A DNA stretch of 64,000 nucleotides from Narcine bancroftii. Taxonomy: Eukaryota. Under the pieces are notes generated by a model. It did not search any database and was not told the DNA's origin. It worked only from the letters and a program-made list of their open reading frames with translations. Positions 25,001-36,800 of the stretch are shown here, piece by piece. Every line of letters begins with the position of its first letter. Position 1 is the stretch's first letter. Position numbers and translations under genes: made by a program. Where the stretch lies: positions 268,584,001 to 268,648,000 of the forward strand of contig NC_091469.1 of the NCBI RefSeq assembly GCF_036971445.1. Reading direction: 5' to 3'.

Positions 25001-25757
25001 TCGACAATGAGATAGACAACAGACTCGCCAAGGCAAATAGTGCCTTTGGAAGACTACACAAAAGAGTCTGGAAAAACAACCAACTGAAAAACCTCACAAA
25101 GATAAGCGTATACAGAGCCGTTGTCATTCCCACACTCCTGTTCGGCTCCGAATCATGGGTCCTCTACCGGCATCACCTACGGCTCCTAGAACGCTTCCAC
25201 CAGCGTTGTCTCCGCTCCATCCTCAACATCCATTGGAGCGCTTTCATCCCTAACGTCGAAGTACTCGAGATGGCAGAGGTCGACAGCATCGAGTCCACGC
25301 TGCTGAAGATCCAGCTGCGCTGGGTGGGTCACGTCTCCAGAATGGAGGACCATCGCCTTCCCAAGATCGTGTTATATGGCAAGCTCTCCACTGGCCACCG
25401 TGACAGAGGTGCACCAAAGAAAAGATACAAGGACTGCCTAAAGAAATCTCTTGGTGCCTGCCACATTGACCACCACCAGTGGGCTGATATCGCCTCAAAC
25501 CGTGCATCTTGGCGCCTCACAGTTCGGTGGGCAGCAACCTTCTTTGAAGAAGACCGCAGAGCCCACCTCACTGACAAAAGGCAAAGGAGGAAAAACCCAA
25601 CACCCAACCCCAACCAACCATTTTTCCCCTGCAGCCGCTGCAACCGTGTCTGCCTGTCCCGCATCGGACTTGTCAGCCACAAACGAGCCTGCAGCTGACG
25701 TGGACTTTTACCCCCTCCATAAATCTTCGTCCGCGAAGCCAAGCCAAAGAAGAAGAA
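22100..25757 (+). mobile_element. Near full-length RTE-clade LINE (APE endonuclease + RT), inactivated
   Basis: ORF 22390-24102 (LACWNIRT, AALSEVR, VYAPT, DFNARVG, LDYILV, TDH) and ORF 24484-25698 (QGCVLAP, LFADD, FTYLG, C-terminal CSRC). Premature stop at 24100 and frameshifts near 24340 and 24484. (AAGCC)n(AAG)n tail. 5' boundary approximate. Confidence 0.95.
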
Positions 25758-26099
25758 TGCAGGAGATCGCATCAAACAGGAAATTATGGAAGCATGTAAC
25801 GAGGCTTCGCCTAATGGTTGGGCTGCTTCCAGTCTGATGTGGCGGCCACCCAAGAAGTCTTCCACTCTGATGGACTCTGGAGATCGGCCCTTCTCTCTTG
25901 AGTTGGCCCCAAGGGATACATGGTCGTCAGGGACTGCACGACGTATGAGATGGCCATCAAAGGCCCGAAGACCCACTACATGAGGCTCCTGAATGACGTG
26001 CTGGGGAGTCACTGACTCTCACAATGTCAGCAATGACCGGGTGAATCGCTGGATGACTATGTCCTGGAACTATGGACACTAATGAGAAAGTGCTACTAT

Positions 26100-26205
26100 T
26101 TCTGATGTAATATTGTAATCATACCATTTTAATTTCTTAAAAATTTTCTTTAAATGTTATTCTCTATTGTATTCATGTTATAAAATTTTAAATAGTCTTC
26201 AAAAA
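26100..26205 (+). mobile_element. Short poly(A)-tailed (L1-type) insertion in Gypsy 2 gag
   Basis: AT-rich insert ending in an A-run, with 13-bp TSD AAAGTGCTACTAT (26087-26099 and 26206-26218). Confidence 0.8.
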
Positions 26206-28457
26206 AAAGTGCTACTATGAGGCGGTCTCAGCTCGGGTGAAGGAAGAAGAACAAGTCTGGGATACTCTCATGGCTGGAGGTACGTGAGGCAGCAACTATT
26301 GGAGTTGGGGAAGAAGGACCTTGCTAGTATCCGTGATCCAGCAAAATCCCTAGAAAAGGCCTAACTGGGAGTGGATCATCTCGCTAACGAAAGCAGTACT
26401 TTCTCAGAAAGCCAGGCCTGCAGAGCACAGCTGCCCCAGGTACTGACTACTATGTCCACACGTGACCAGGAGTGCAACTTCGGCAGACAGGCCAACATCC
26501 TAGCACCAGATGCCCCACGAGAGACTTCAGTGCTCAAGATGTTGTAAGAGGGGACACTGGGCAAAAGTCTGTTGGGGAAAGAGGAACCCCAGGAAGGTTA
26601 CCATGTGCACAACCCCCTGAACAGTTGTACACCCGGTGCCCAAGCACAGAAGTACAGGCCCATACCTCTCCAGGCTGCTTCCCACCACCATCTTGCTTTG
26701 CCTTGTGGCAGGAACTGCTACCAGAAGAGAAGCAATGGCAGTAACGGTGGCCATCATGCCGCTCCTTGTGGTTGACACCACTTCTCCAGCCTTCGAATCA
26801 AGACTATAGCGGCAGGTGGAGCGATGCAGCCTCCGGAGCAAAGGCATCAGTCGTCCTCAACCAAGCAAAACCCCATCAGCTGAGCAACTTGACGATGGAG
26901 GTGGAGGTGTACGGACATCTGATGGACTGTTTAATAGACCCTGGCTCAACGGAGAGCTTTATAAACTTTACAAATGCTCACCAGTACAAATTAAAGGTTT
27001 ACCCCTCGGGCTACCACATCTATCTAGCGTCGTAATCATATTCGGCAACTATTTAGGGGTATTGTACTGCTCACTTAACTGTAAAAGGGGGGAATTTTGC
27101 AAGTTCCAACTATGTATTGAAAGATTTGTGTGCTTCTGTGTTGTTGGGCCTCGAGTTCCTGTGTCACCTTAAAAGCGTGACCATGGAGGACTCAGGCCCA
27201 CTTCCCCCAATCACGGTATGGAAAGGAAGGTCCCAAAATCCAGAGACGACATGCAGTCTCTCCATACTGAATATTGACCTCCCCCCCACTCCTTGTTTCA
27301 GAACCTAACCCCTGACAGTAAGCCGATAGACACAAAGAGCAGGCGATACAGTGCTGGGGACAGAGAATTTATTAGAGCCAAAACACAGTGGCTGCTTAAG
27401 GAAAAAAAATAATTGAACCCAGCAACAGCCTGTGGAGAGCCCAGGTAGTAGTCGTTAAAGGAGGAGAAAAGCCCAGGCTAGTGATTGACTTTTGCCAAAC
27501 TCTTAATCACTTCACACTCCTGGATGCATACCCCCTCCCCTGAATATCGGACATGGTGAATGAAATTGCGCAGTACCGGGTCTGTTCGACCATCAACCTG
27601 AAAGCTGCATATCACCAGTTACCAATCCATTCCGAGGACTGTCCCTACACCACATTCAAGGCAGACAGATGGCTTTATCAGTTCCTGAGAGTCCCTTTTG
27701 CCATTACGAACGGGGTCTCAGTCTTCCAGAGTTTGATGGATGATATAGTAGATAAGTACGGGCTAAGGGCTACCTTCCCCTATCTCGACAACGTCACATT
27801 TGCAGACATAACCTGGAGGACCATGATGCAAATCTCCAGAAGTTTCTCCACATAGCTAAATCCCTGAACCTCACGTACAATGCCAGTAAGTACATGTTCA
27901 GCAACATAGTATGTTGGGGTATGTGGTGGAGAATGGTGTCATTGGCCCAGACCCCGAGCGTATGTATCCCCTTTTAGACCTCCCTATCCTGCAGACCATG
28001 AAGACACTACGTCCAGTGGGTACCTCATTACGCTGACAGGATCCACCCCCTCTTAAAATCTGTCTCCTTTCCATTGTCAGCTGAAGCCCAGGCGGCTTTT
28101 AACTATGTCAGGAGCTACATTGTGAAAGCCACCATGCTTGCGCTGGATGAAAACGCACCATTCCAGGTGGAGAGCGATGCTTCCGTCCTTAACCAGGTGG
28201 GCAGGCCAGTAGCTTTTATCACCCGCACCTTGCAAGGCCATGAGATCCGAAACCCATCTGTGGAGAAGGAGGCTCAAGCCATTGTGGAGGCCGTCAGGCA
28301 TTGGAGATACTATCTGGCTGGCAGGAAATTCACTCTGCTCACTGATCAGCGATCTGTAGCATTCATGTTCAATAATACAAACAGGATCAAAATAAAGAAT
28401 GACAAGATCGTGAGGTGGAGGACTGAACTCTCCACCTATAACTATGAGATAGTGTAT

Positions 28458-29120
28458 TGTTGTTTGGGTTTATGTGGGTCCCACTGGTTAAGAAGCAGAC
28501 CAAAGTTGAGGCACAAAGCACACGTTTATTTCAGGGATGCAAACGGGACAACAGGGTAGATATCTCAGGCAAACCTCCACACACACACACACGCAGTACA
28601 GAGGGGGTAAATATACACTTCAGATAACGAGGGAGAAACCGACAGAGACTGGGGGAAATTACATACACATTCAACAATCAAGATCAAGGTGATACTATGT
28701 GCCCCCACCCCTTGACTGGTACAGACACGGCTCTTGCTACCTGGCCTTGACTCACCCCAACACAGTGTGAGGAGTCCAGAGGCAGAACAAAGGGGTGTAT
28801 GGCCCTTTATAGTTCTGCAGGCAGTACTAGGGAGACCAATCACTCGGGGCAGTCTGGGCCCTGTTGGCTGCTATGGCCAATGGCTTGAAGCCAAGTGCAG
28901 GGGCTCAGCAGGGGTGATTCACCTGGGCCAATTGGGTGAAGGTCAGGGCTGAGTCTGGGCGGGCTGCCTGGACTTCAACACCTGGTGATTTAGGTGGGCC
29001 AATCGTAAGGGTCACCTTGATGGCTTGGGGTGAGTCTTTGACCTTGATTGACAGGTAGTGTGTCCTCCGAACAGGAGCGCAGCAGCACCACCAGGTGGTG
29101 GACTCTGCCTCTCCATTACA
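28458..29120 (-). mobile_element. Solo LTR (663 bp) inserted in Gypsy 2 pol
   Basis: TG...CA termini and TSD TGTAT/TATAT. It splits the peptide TYNYEIVY|RPG. TATA and AATAAA lie on the minus strand. Confidence 0.85.
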
Positions 29121-31328
29121 TATATAGGCCAGGTACGCTCAATGCCCTATCCCGAGGAAGCTGTGCTGCTGCACACACCAGCCAGCTGCAGTCACCTCAC
29201 AATGAGCTCTGCCACCCAGGCATCACCCGCATGTCCCACTTCGTCAAGGCACGCAACCTGCTCTTCTCTATTGAAGACATGTCAGATCTGCGCTGAGTGC
29301 AAATCTCACTTCTACTGCCCTGACAAAGCGCACCTGATAAAAGCTTCACGCCCCTTCAAAAGACACAGTGTTGGAAACGCATTCTTAGCGTTGTCAATGA
29401 GTGCTCGTGTTTTCTGTTCGCTATCCCCTGCCCAGATACCTCCACCACCGCATTCATCAGAGCGCTGCACTCCATTTTCACCATGTTTGGGTATTCCAGC
29501 TATATTCATAGCAACCGGGGCTCATCATTTATGAGCGAAGAGCTACACCAGTACCTGCTCGCAAGAGGCATTGCCGCAAGCAAAATGACTAGCTACAACC
29601 CAGGGGGGAAACGAGAAGTTGAAAAGGAGAATGCAACGGTCTGGAAGGCTATAAAACTGGCCCTCCAGTTTAAAGGCCTTCCAGGCTCACGCTGGCAAGA
29701 GGATCTGCCCACCGCTTCTCTGCACTGCAACCAATGCAAATCCTCACAAACTAATGTTTGCATTTCCGAGGAAATCCACGTCAGGGATCATTCTTTCAGC
29801 ATGGCTAATGACACCACAACTAGTTCTGCTGAAAAAGCATGTGAGGAGAAGCAAAACGGACCAACTGGTTGAGAAAGCGTGCCTACTGCATGCAAATCCG
29901 ATGTATGCCTATGTGGCATACCGGATGGCAGGGAGGACATGGTCTCAATCAGAGACCTGGCACCTTCAGGAACTGAGGTCCCGATAGCCACAATAGGCCT
30001 AGAACATCCAAACTCCCCGTGCAGGGTTCCGGATGATGTGGTTCCAATGGAGCTACCATGGGATTCAGGTCCCCAGAGTCCTCCTTCGAGTCCCACTACC
30101 CAAGAACCACAGGAGGCACAGATAGTTCTGGAAGAGCAAAGTTCACCAGTGCTAAGGCGCTTGACCAGAATAATCAGGCCCCCTGACAGACTCAACTTGT
30201 AAATAATTGTAAGAATTTTTTTTTGCTGAATGTGGTCTCTGTTTTCGCCCACAGGTTCTTTTTGAAGGAAGCGGATGAATGCAGTGAACTGGAATTCACT
30301 GTGTGTAGACAGCCAACCCCTCCTCTTGGCTCTGCCTGTTGGCCCCTGTTTTCCCGCCTTACCTCAGATTTACCTGAAGACCTCTGTAAATACTGGCCAT
30401 TAGTTGTAAGTTAATAAAAGCGTGTTTGTGCTCCACACAAGGCTCTGAGTACTATCGATCTCTTACACCAACAATATAAGATTTGAAGGGAAAAATGTAG
30501 GACTAGAATATTGGGAGTCAAATCATAGGCCAGGACAGGGAAACTCCCACCAATGTCACCAATGCAGCACTGATGGTATCAGTCCTTTAGCAAATAGGGC
30601 AGTCAAAGGGGCTCAGGACATGTTATCCTCCATTCAACATCATTGAATGAAGGCAGACAGCAACTTGGCCAAAGCCAGAGACTGGGTTGGACCTTAATTA
30701 TGCTTTTTCTGGAGATTGAGAAGATGGCAACATTGATTGTACTCTGTGGGCAAGGGAAGAGTCCTAACATTTGCATGTCGCTCTTTCTTGTCACGATTGC
30801 CCATGGATCCCAATGTTACATTTACATTCCCATCTATATGCGGATTTTCCAGCTTTTAATCCTGAAGGTAATGATAACAGCAAAATATAACAGTTAGGAA
30901 AAAAAATTATACAGTAAATCTTCTGGTATCTGGAATTCAAGCAACCATAAAATAATATAAATTTATCTGTTATCAGTGTCCGGGACCAACTGCATTCTAT
31001 GTAAAAGATCTGTTTGTAACCCTAACATTATAGTTTAATTCCTTTGATTATATATCCAAATATCTTTGACAAAAAAATGAAATATCTTCTCTGACTAAAG
31101 ATTTTTTGTAACATCTATTTCTGGTAATTCATTTCTTTGTGATTTTTACCCATTGCCTTGAATAATGTCTAAGCAGATTTGAATTAATAAAATTACATCT
31201 CAATCATTATCGACAGAAACTGGAAATGAACCTGAATTTAAAATAATCTTCCAGATCCCACTTTATGTGATATATTTTCATCACATCTAGATGGTAAAAC
31301 TTCTTTTATTCTAGTCTTCTGAAAATAT

Positions 31329-31620
31329 TGTAGTAGCCTGCTAACCAGGAGGCAACCCAAAACACAAAATGATGGATCTCACAAAGCCTGCGAGGGCTAA
31401 TGGCCTTTCTTCCCGGCCGACAGCATGCATTAATGGAAAACTGCGAACATTGGTGGGGAAACCGACCAATCAGCGGCTGGCACGCCAGAAACGTCTCTTC
31501 CACCAACAGTCAAGCCCAGTAGCAAGAGGCTGGGCCTATATAAGCAAGGGAAGACAGTCTTGACTGCAGTCACATTGAGTGTGTGTCACTCTTCTGCTCT
31601 CTGCTGTTGTGCTCACTCCA
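31329..31620 (+). mobile_element. Solo LTR related to 50250-50545
   Basis: TGTAGTAG...CACTCCA termini. Shares AACACAAAATG, a TATA-like element and CAGTCTTGACT with the 50250 LTR. Flanks ATAT/GTAT. Confidence 0.7.
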
Positions 31621-32539
31621 GTATTAAGGTTTCCTGATATAATTGACAAACTAAAGCATTGGGTGATATCTATTTTGCTCTTCTGCGGTGAATGTGATTT
31701 AAAAAAAACCCATTCTCTATCTTTCCTCTGGCCTCTAAACTGCAATGAGGTTAGGTCACTAAATTCTCAGCATCACAGATGCTCCAAAATGAATCCATGC
31801 ACAGCTCCAGTTCCAACATGTGGTCTGGCAGGAGCTGCAGCTGGATACACCATATAACCATATACGGAGCGGAAACAGGCCTTGTTGGCCTTTCGAGTCC
31901 ACACCGGTTCACTGAATTTGTGCGCCCTCTTCAGGCAATGGTCCCGGTAGATCACGTCGATGGAAAAATACAATAGTGGCTTTAAGTTGTTTAATATGTG
32001 AAAACACTTTTGCTTCTCTTAACCAGATGATTCAAACCTTTTACGACCAAACTAAGGAATTATGTAGAATTATCCATACTTTTTCGTAAATAATGTAAGT
32101 TGATTAGCACAAATAATATCCAGACACCAGGGTTCAGTCTTGAGGCAAAGATTTGAAACTGATACTAAATTGTAAATATTCCATACATAAAAAATGGAAA
32201 AGTTATGCTCTGGAACTATGAAGAATAGAATAAACACAAGGTTACGCATGATACAGTATAATTGGTTACACGCCCCAAAAGTTAAAAAAATGGGATCCAA
32301 CATTAGACACTGCCTTACTTTTCGTGCATAATTTTTTATACAGTAATGTTGTAAGATAGTTATATGAATGTTTACACTATGATACTGTTGCAAAACACAG
32401 AATTTCACGACTTGTTCATGACAATAAATTCTGATTTTAACGATATATACCGACAGCACACATCATCTTCAAGGCCAGTGGCAGCATCCGTGATTTCCCA
32501 CATTGTGTATGAGGAACCTGACCCAGGTCTGAGTTCACA

Positions 32540-33350
32540 AGCCTGAAACATCAATTATGCATCTTTATTTTTGCTATATAAGCAAGGGAAGACAGTCTGA
32601 CCTGCGGAGTTTCTCTAGCATTGTGTTTTTACTTCGACTGTGAACTCTGCAGACTTTTGTGTTTTACCCATGACAAAAAAAACACTGAGGCATATTCTAT
32701 ACTAAAATGTGCTGAATAAACTCAGCAGGTCATGCAGTATTCATGGGAAGTAAAGGGTAGCCAATGTTTCGGGCCTGGGCCCTTTGTCAAGAGTAAGTGG
32801 AGGAGAATTCTGTCACAAGGAGACCCAACAAAAGATTGAGAAACAGCATCTTATCTTCCACCTTGGAACACAATGCACACGAGTTCGAATCCAGCGCTGC
32901 CCGAAAGGTGTTGTACCTTCTCCCTGTGTGGGTTTCCTCTGGGCGCACTGGTTTCCCTCCCCCCCTTCGAAACACATGGGCTTGTCAGATGGGTGTAAGT
33001 GGGCAGCATGGGCCAGAGGGACCTGCCTTCCTGAATTTAAAATGTAAAAGTGCTTGTCGGAACTCAGTTGGTCACACAGCAACTTAGAGGAAGCAGAGGG
33101 GCAACCAACGTTTCAAGCCTGAGCCCTTCAACAAGATATGAACAAACAGGTGCTGGAGGGGCACAGGACAAGAGCCAAGAGGGCAGGGAGGGTTGTAGTC
33201 TTCCAGATTCAATCTTGAATTCAGCAATGACCCATCAAACAGGAGACTAAAGAAATACAGGGGTTATCTTCGCCTTTTATGAGTTTGTCCAGCATTTTTG
33301 TGTGTTTATTACAACCACAACAGCTGCAGACTCTGTTTGACAGTATTCAT
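32540..33350. mobile_element. Cluster of Penelope-like remnants and a tRNA-derived SINE fragment (~32880-33040)
   Basis: Peptide EKQHLIFHLGT (GIY-YIG C-terminal type), repeated GGGCYCAGGCYYGAAAC motifs, and a B-box-like GAGTTCGAATCC followed by a V-SINE-like body. Confidence 0.6.
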
Positions 33351-33539
33351 GTTCAATGTGGAGGGGCAGAGCTCCCTCTCCCCCTCTGTCTGAGCTCAGG
33401 GGCTGACAAATGAGGCGGAATTCTCCTCTATTGAGGAAGGGTGTTTTCTGCCACCCGAGGGATCATTTTCCCTGAGTGTCCTTTTTCCTGGGAGCTGACA
33501 CCTTCGCCCTCCCCCCACCCCCTTCTCTCTCTCTCCAGG

Positions 33540-33830
33540 CGCTGGGTGGACTCCGTCCCCTCGCGTCTCCGCGGGCCGCAGCTTTCCCCCGCCCATTTGA
33601 CGGCGAAATTGAAAGCAAGGCGGAAAGGGGAGGCCGGGCGTTGGCCCAAGACGGAAAAAGCCCTCGGCCCCGCGATCGGAGACCATGGGCCGCTGCCGGG
33701 CCGGGGACCGGCCGCGGCTTCTGCTGCTGTTGGTCCTGGCGGGGCTCTCAGGTAGGAAGCGGAGGGAAGGGCCGAACGTCCCCGGGGCCGGGCGGAAGTG
33801 CTGGGGGCACGTAGGGAGGTGGAGGGGGTG
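33540..33830 (+). promoter_or_regulatory. CpG-island promoter/first-exon region of gene 2
   Basis: Dense CpG/GC segment in AT-rich surroundings, with GC-box-like CCCCGCCC (~33587) and GGGCGG, surrounding a strong Kozak ATG (GAGACCATGG). Confidence 0.75.
33685..33751 (+). CDS. NCR3LG1: Gene 2 exon 1, signal peptide
   Basis: MGRCRAGDRPRLLLLLVLAGLS with Kozak ACCATGG and donor CAG|GTAGGA, phase 1. Too short for the ORF track. Confidence 0.85.
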
Positions 33831-36800
33831 TTGCTTGTTGGCTTCTTGCAGTGGTGATCGGTGACGGGCCGTGCATTGCAGCTTCTGTTTTAAATGACAA
33901 ATGTTTCATAATATATACAGGACATGCAGTCCACCTTACAAGGCAGCGACGTTTCCTTGTTAAGCACGACTGTTATATTGCACCCTACCTTCAAGTGTCC
34001 TGTCAAGAGGGTCTGGGTCGAGATGGTGTCAGGAAGGCCAACTGACAACTCTGAGAGGAGCTTCTGTCCTCGTGTGCAAATGGCCAAAAAGTCATTTTAA
34101 AAGGTGTCATATAGAATTTGTTCTTGGAATTCCCAAACTCTCCTCACTGAAACCCAGACCTACAGTGGTCTGCAGTGGAGGGATTCAAATAAAAAAAGGG
34201 TAGAATGATTGGAGTGCAGAAATCTATTGCAGGTTTCAGGAAAGGGTGGAACACTGATTAAGAAGGGGGGGGGGGGTGGGGGAAACATATAGAATTCGAG
34301 TGGAAACTTGCAGGGAACATAAAAACTGACAATAAAGGCTTCTATGGGGTTATAAAGAGACATCTAGCTGCTTTCAGGTGGCCAAAATACCCTGATGTAA
34401 AGCCGCTCATTCCACCCCAACGCGGCTGTCAGGAGGCCACCTGAAAGTGGAGAACCCGGCCAGGAGGAGCAGCTACCTGACCCTCCTCCTGTAGGTGTAA
34501 TCTCCGGCTCCGAGAATCCCCCGTGGCACCTGAAAGCAGCAGTGGGACGACGGCCGCAGTCCACAGGAGCCGGCGTTCACTCGGACCCGGCTCTCCTTCA
34601 TCTGGCACGTTCAGGTGGCAGAAAGGCGTCTTCTCTGCAGCCACCTGAACGTCTCAGTGCACTCCCCCAGCCGTGTCCGCTAGCGCATCATCTGCGTCCG
34701 AGCACCTGAAAGCGGCTATAAATAAGTCAAAGCAAATGTAGGTACCTCGCAGTCGGAATCGGGGAAATTCATAATGGAGAAGAAGGAAATAGCAGACAAA
34801 ATGAATAAATTCGTTGATTCTGACTTCACTTGGGAAGATAAAAATAACATTTTGGGAACTTTTGTCAGGGACTAGCATTGAGAATGAATTGATGGAAATT
34901 GTCGTCAGTTGTGAAATTGTGTTAGGTGAATTGGTGGCTTTAAAAGTTGATAAATCCCTAGGTCTGATAGTATGCATCCCAGAATACTCACGGAGACGCC
35001 CTAGACAGATATTCTCTAGATTCTGGATCTGTTCCTTTAGATTGGAGGGTTGCTAATTTCACACCACATTGTACTAATGGAGGGAGATAGAAACCAGCAA
35101 TTATAGATCAGTTTGCCTAACTTCGATAGTGAGGAAAAGATTTTGTCACTGCACATTTGGAGAAGCATGACACAATTAGTCCAATTTAGCATGGATTTAC
35201 AAAATCATGGTTGATAAATCTCAGGAATTTTTTAAGGATGTAACCAGTGGAATTAGTTAATGTGTATTTTTGATTTTCAAAATGCTTTTGATAGAGTCCT
35301 TTGCCAAGAGATTGGTGTGCAAAATTAGAGAACACGGTATAGAACAGGGGCAGACAACCTTTTACCATTCGCAGGCTAGATGGTGTGTCAGTAATTGAAT
35401 GGTGGGCTTGGAAGTGTGGTGGCGGCACTGGCGTGGCGGTGGTACTGGACAGGGGCAGGGGGTAGATAAATTTGGATCGTGGGCCAGGTGCACATAGTAA
35501 CTTTGCTTGGGTTCCAGGCTGGATAAATTTAGATCGCGGGCCGTAGGTTGCCAACCCCTGGCATAGAAGGTAATCCATTGATGTGATAGAAAATTGTTTG
35601 GCAGACATGAAGCAGAGAGTGCTAATAAAATAGGTTATTTTCAGATTGGCAGTGTTTATTACCACAAGATTCAGTGCTGGCACCTTAGCTATCTAGATGA
35701 AGGAATTCAATGTGATATATTTCTGAGTTTTCAGAAGACACTAAGCTAGGTGGAAGAGCAAGCTGTGAGGAAGATTTCAAAAGGCTACAAGGGTGAATTG
35801 GACAGATGAGGAGATTGGGCAAATGCATGGCAGATGCCCTACAGTTTAGACAACTGTGCGTTAATCCACTTTGGTGGCAATAACAGACAGGCAGATTATT
35901 ATCTGAATGGTGACAAATTGGGAAAAAGGGAAGTGCAGTGAGATGCAAGTGTCATGGTGCATTGGTCAATGTGGGTTGGAATGCAGGTACAGAATGAGGT
36001 GAAGAAAGAAAGTGGCATTTTGGCCTTCGTTGTGAAAGGTTTTGAATATAGAAACAGTGAGGTCTTATTGCAGTTGTGTGTAGCCTGGGTGAGGCCACAC
36101 CTTGAGCACCATGTACAGTTTTGGACTTGTAATCTGAGGAAGAACATTCTTGCTACTGAAGGAATACAGCAAAGGTTTACCTGACTGATTCCTGAGATGA
36201 CATCGCTGACATATCAAGCAAGATTGGATAGGCCAGAGTCATACTCATTGGAATTTAAACGAATGAGAGGTGATCTTATTGAGACATATAAAATTCTGAC
36301 TGGACTAAACAGGTTAGATGTTGGGGAAGTCTGGAACAAAGGGCCACAGTCTCAGGATACGGGATAAGCTATTTCACACAAAGATGAGGAAAAACTTCTT
36401 CACTCAGAGATTTGTGAAGTTGTGGAATTCCCTGCCACAGAATGTTGTTGAGGCCAGTTAATGAGATGCCTTCAAAAGGCAGTGGGATGTGGTCTTTATG
36501 GTTAAATGGATCAAGGGGTATGGTGAGAAAGCAGGAAGAGGGTCCTGAGGTTGCACGATGACCCATGTTAATATTAAATAATGGTGCAGGCTCAAAGGGG
36601 TGAATAGCCTTTTCCTGCACCTATATTCTATGATGTTAAAATAAGTTTTAAAATTTGAGTTTGTGAGCAATGGAGGTTAGTTAAGCACACTAGGGAAGTT
36701 GAATGAGAATGAATCAGAGTGGGTTAACATATAGGTGTTATAGTTTTGGGTGAACTGATTTATGAAGGATTGAAGAGTGGAGATTGTCTAGTGAATCAAT

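Larger units (their letters stand above)
25760..30470 (+). mobile_element. Second decayed Gypsy element (5' LTR not found; 3' LTR about 30280-30470)
   Basis: Gag remnant, protease LIDPGSTESF, RT (WRAQVVVVK, YHQLPI..FPYLDNVT), RNase H (FQVESDAS, SVEKEAQAIVEAVRHW), integrase (YIHSNRGSSFMS, LLHANP, RPPDRLNL), then a purine tract before TGCAGTG. Confidence 0.9.
34290..36635 (+). mobile_element. Decayed CR1-clade LINE in intron 1, with two nested MITEs
   Basis: Peptide GFEYRNSEVLLQLCVAWVRPHLEHHVQFW, further RT remnants, and a 3' end CCTGCACCTATATTCTATG. Boundaries approximate. Confidence 0.85.
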
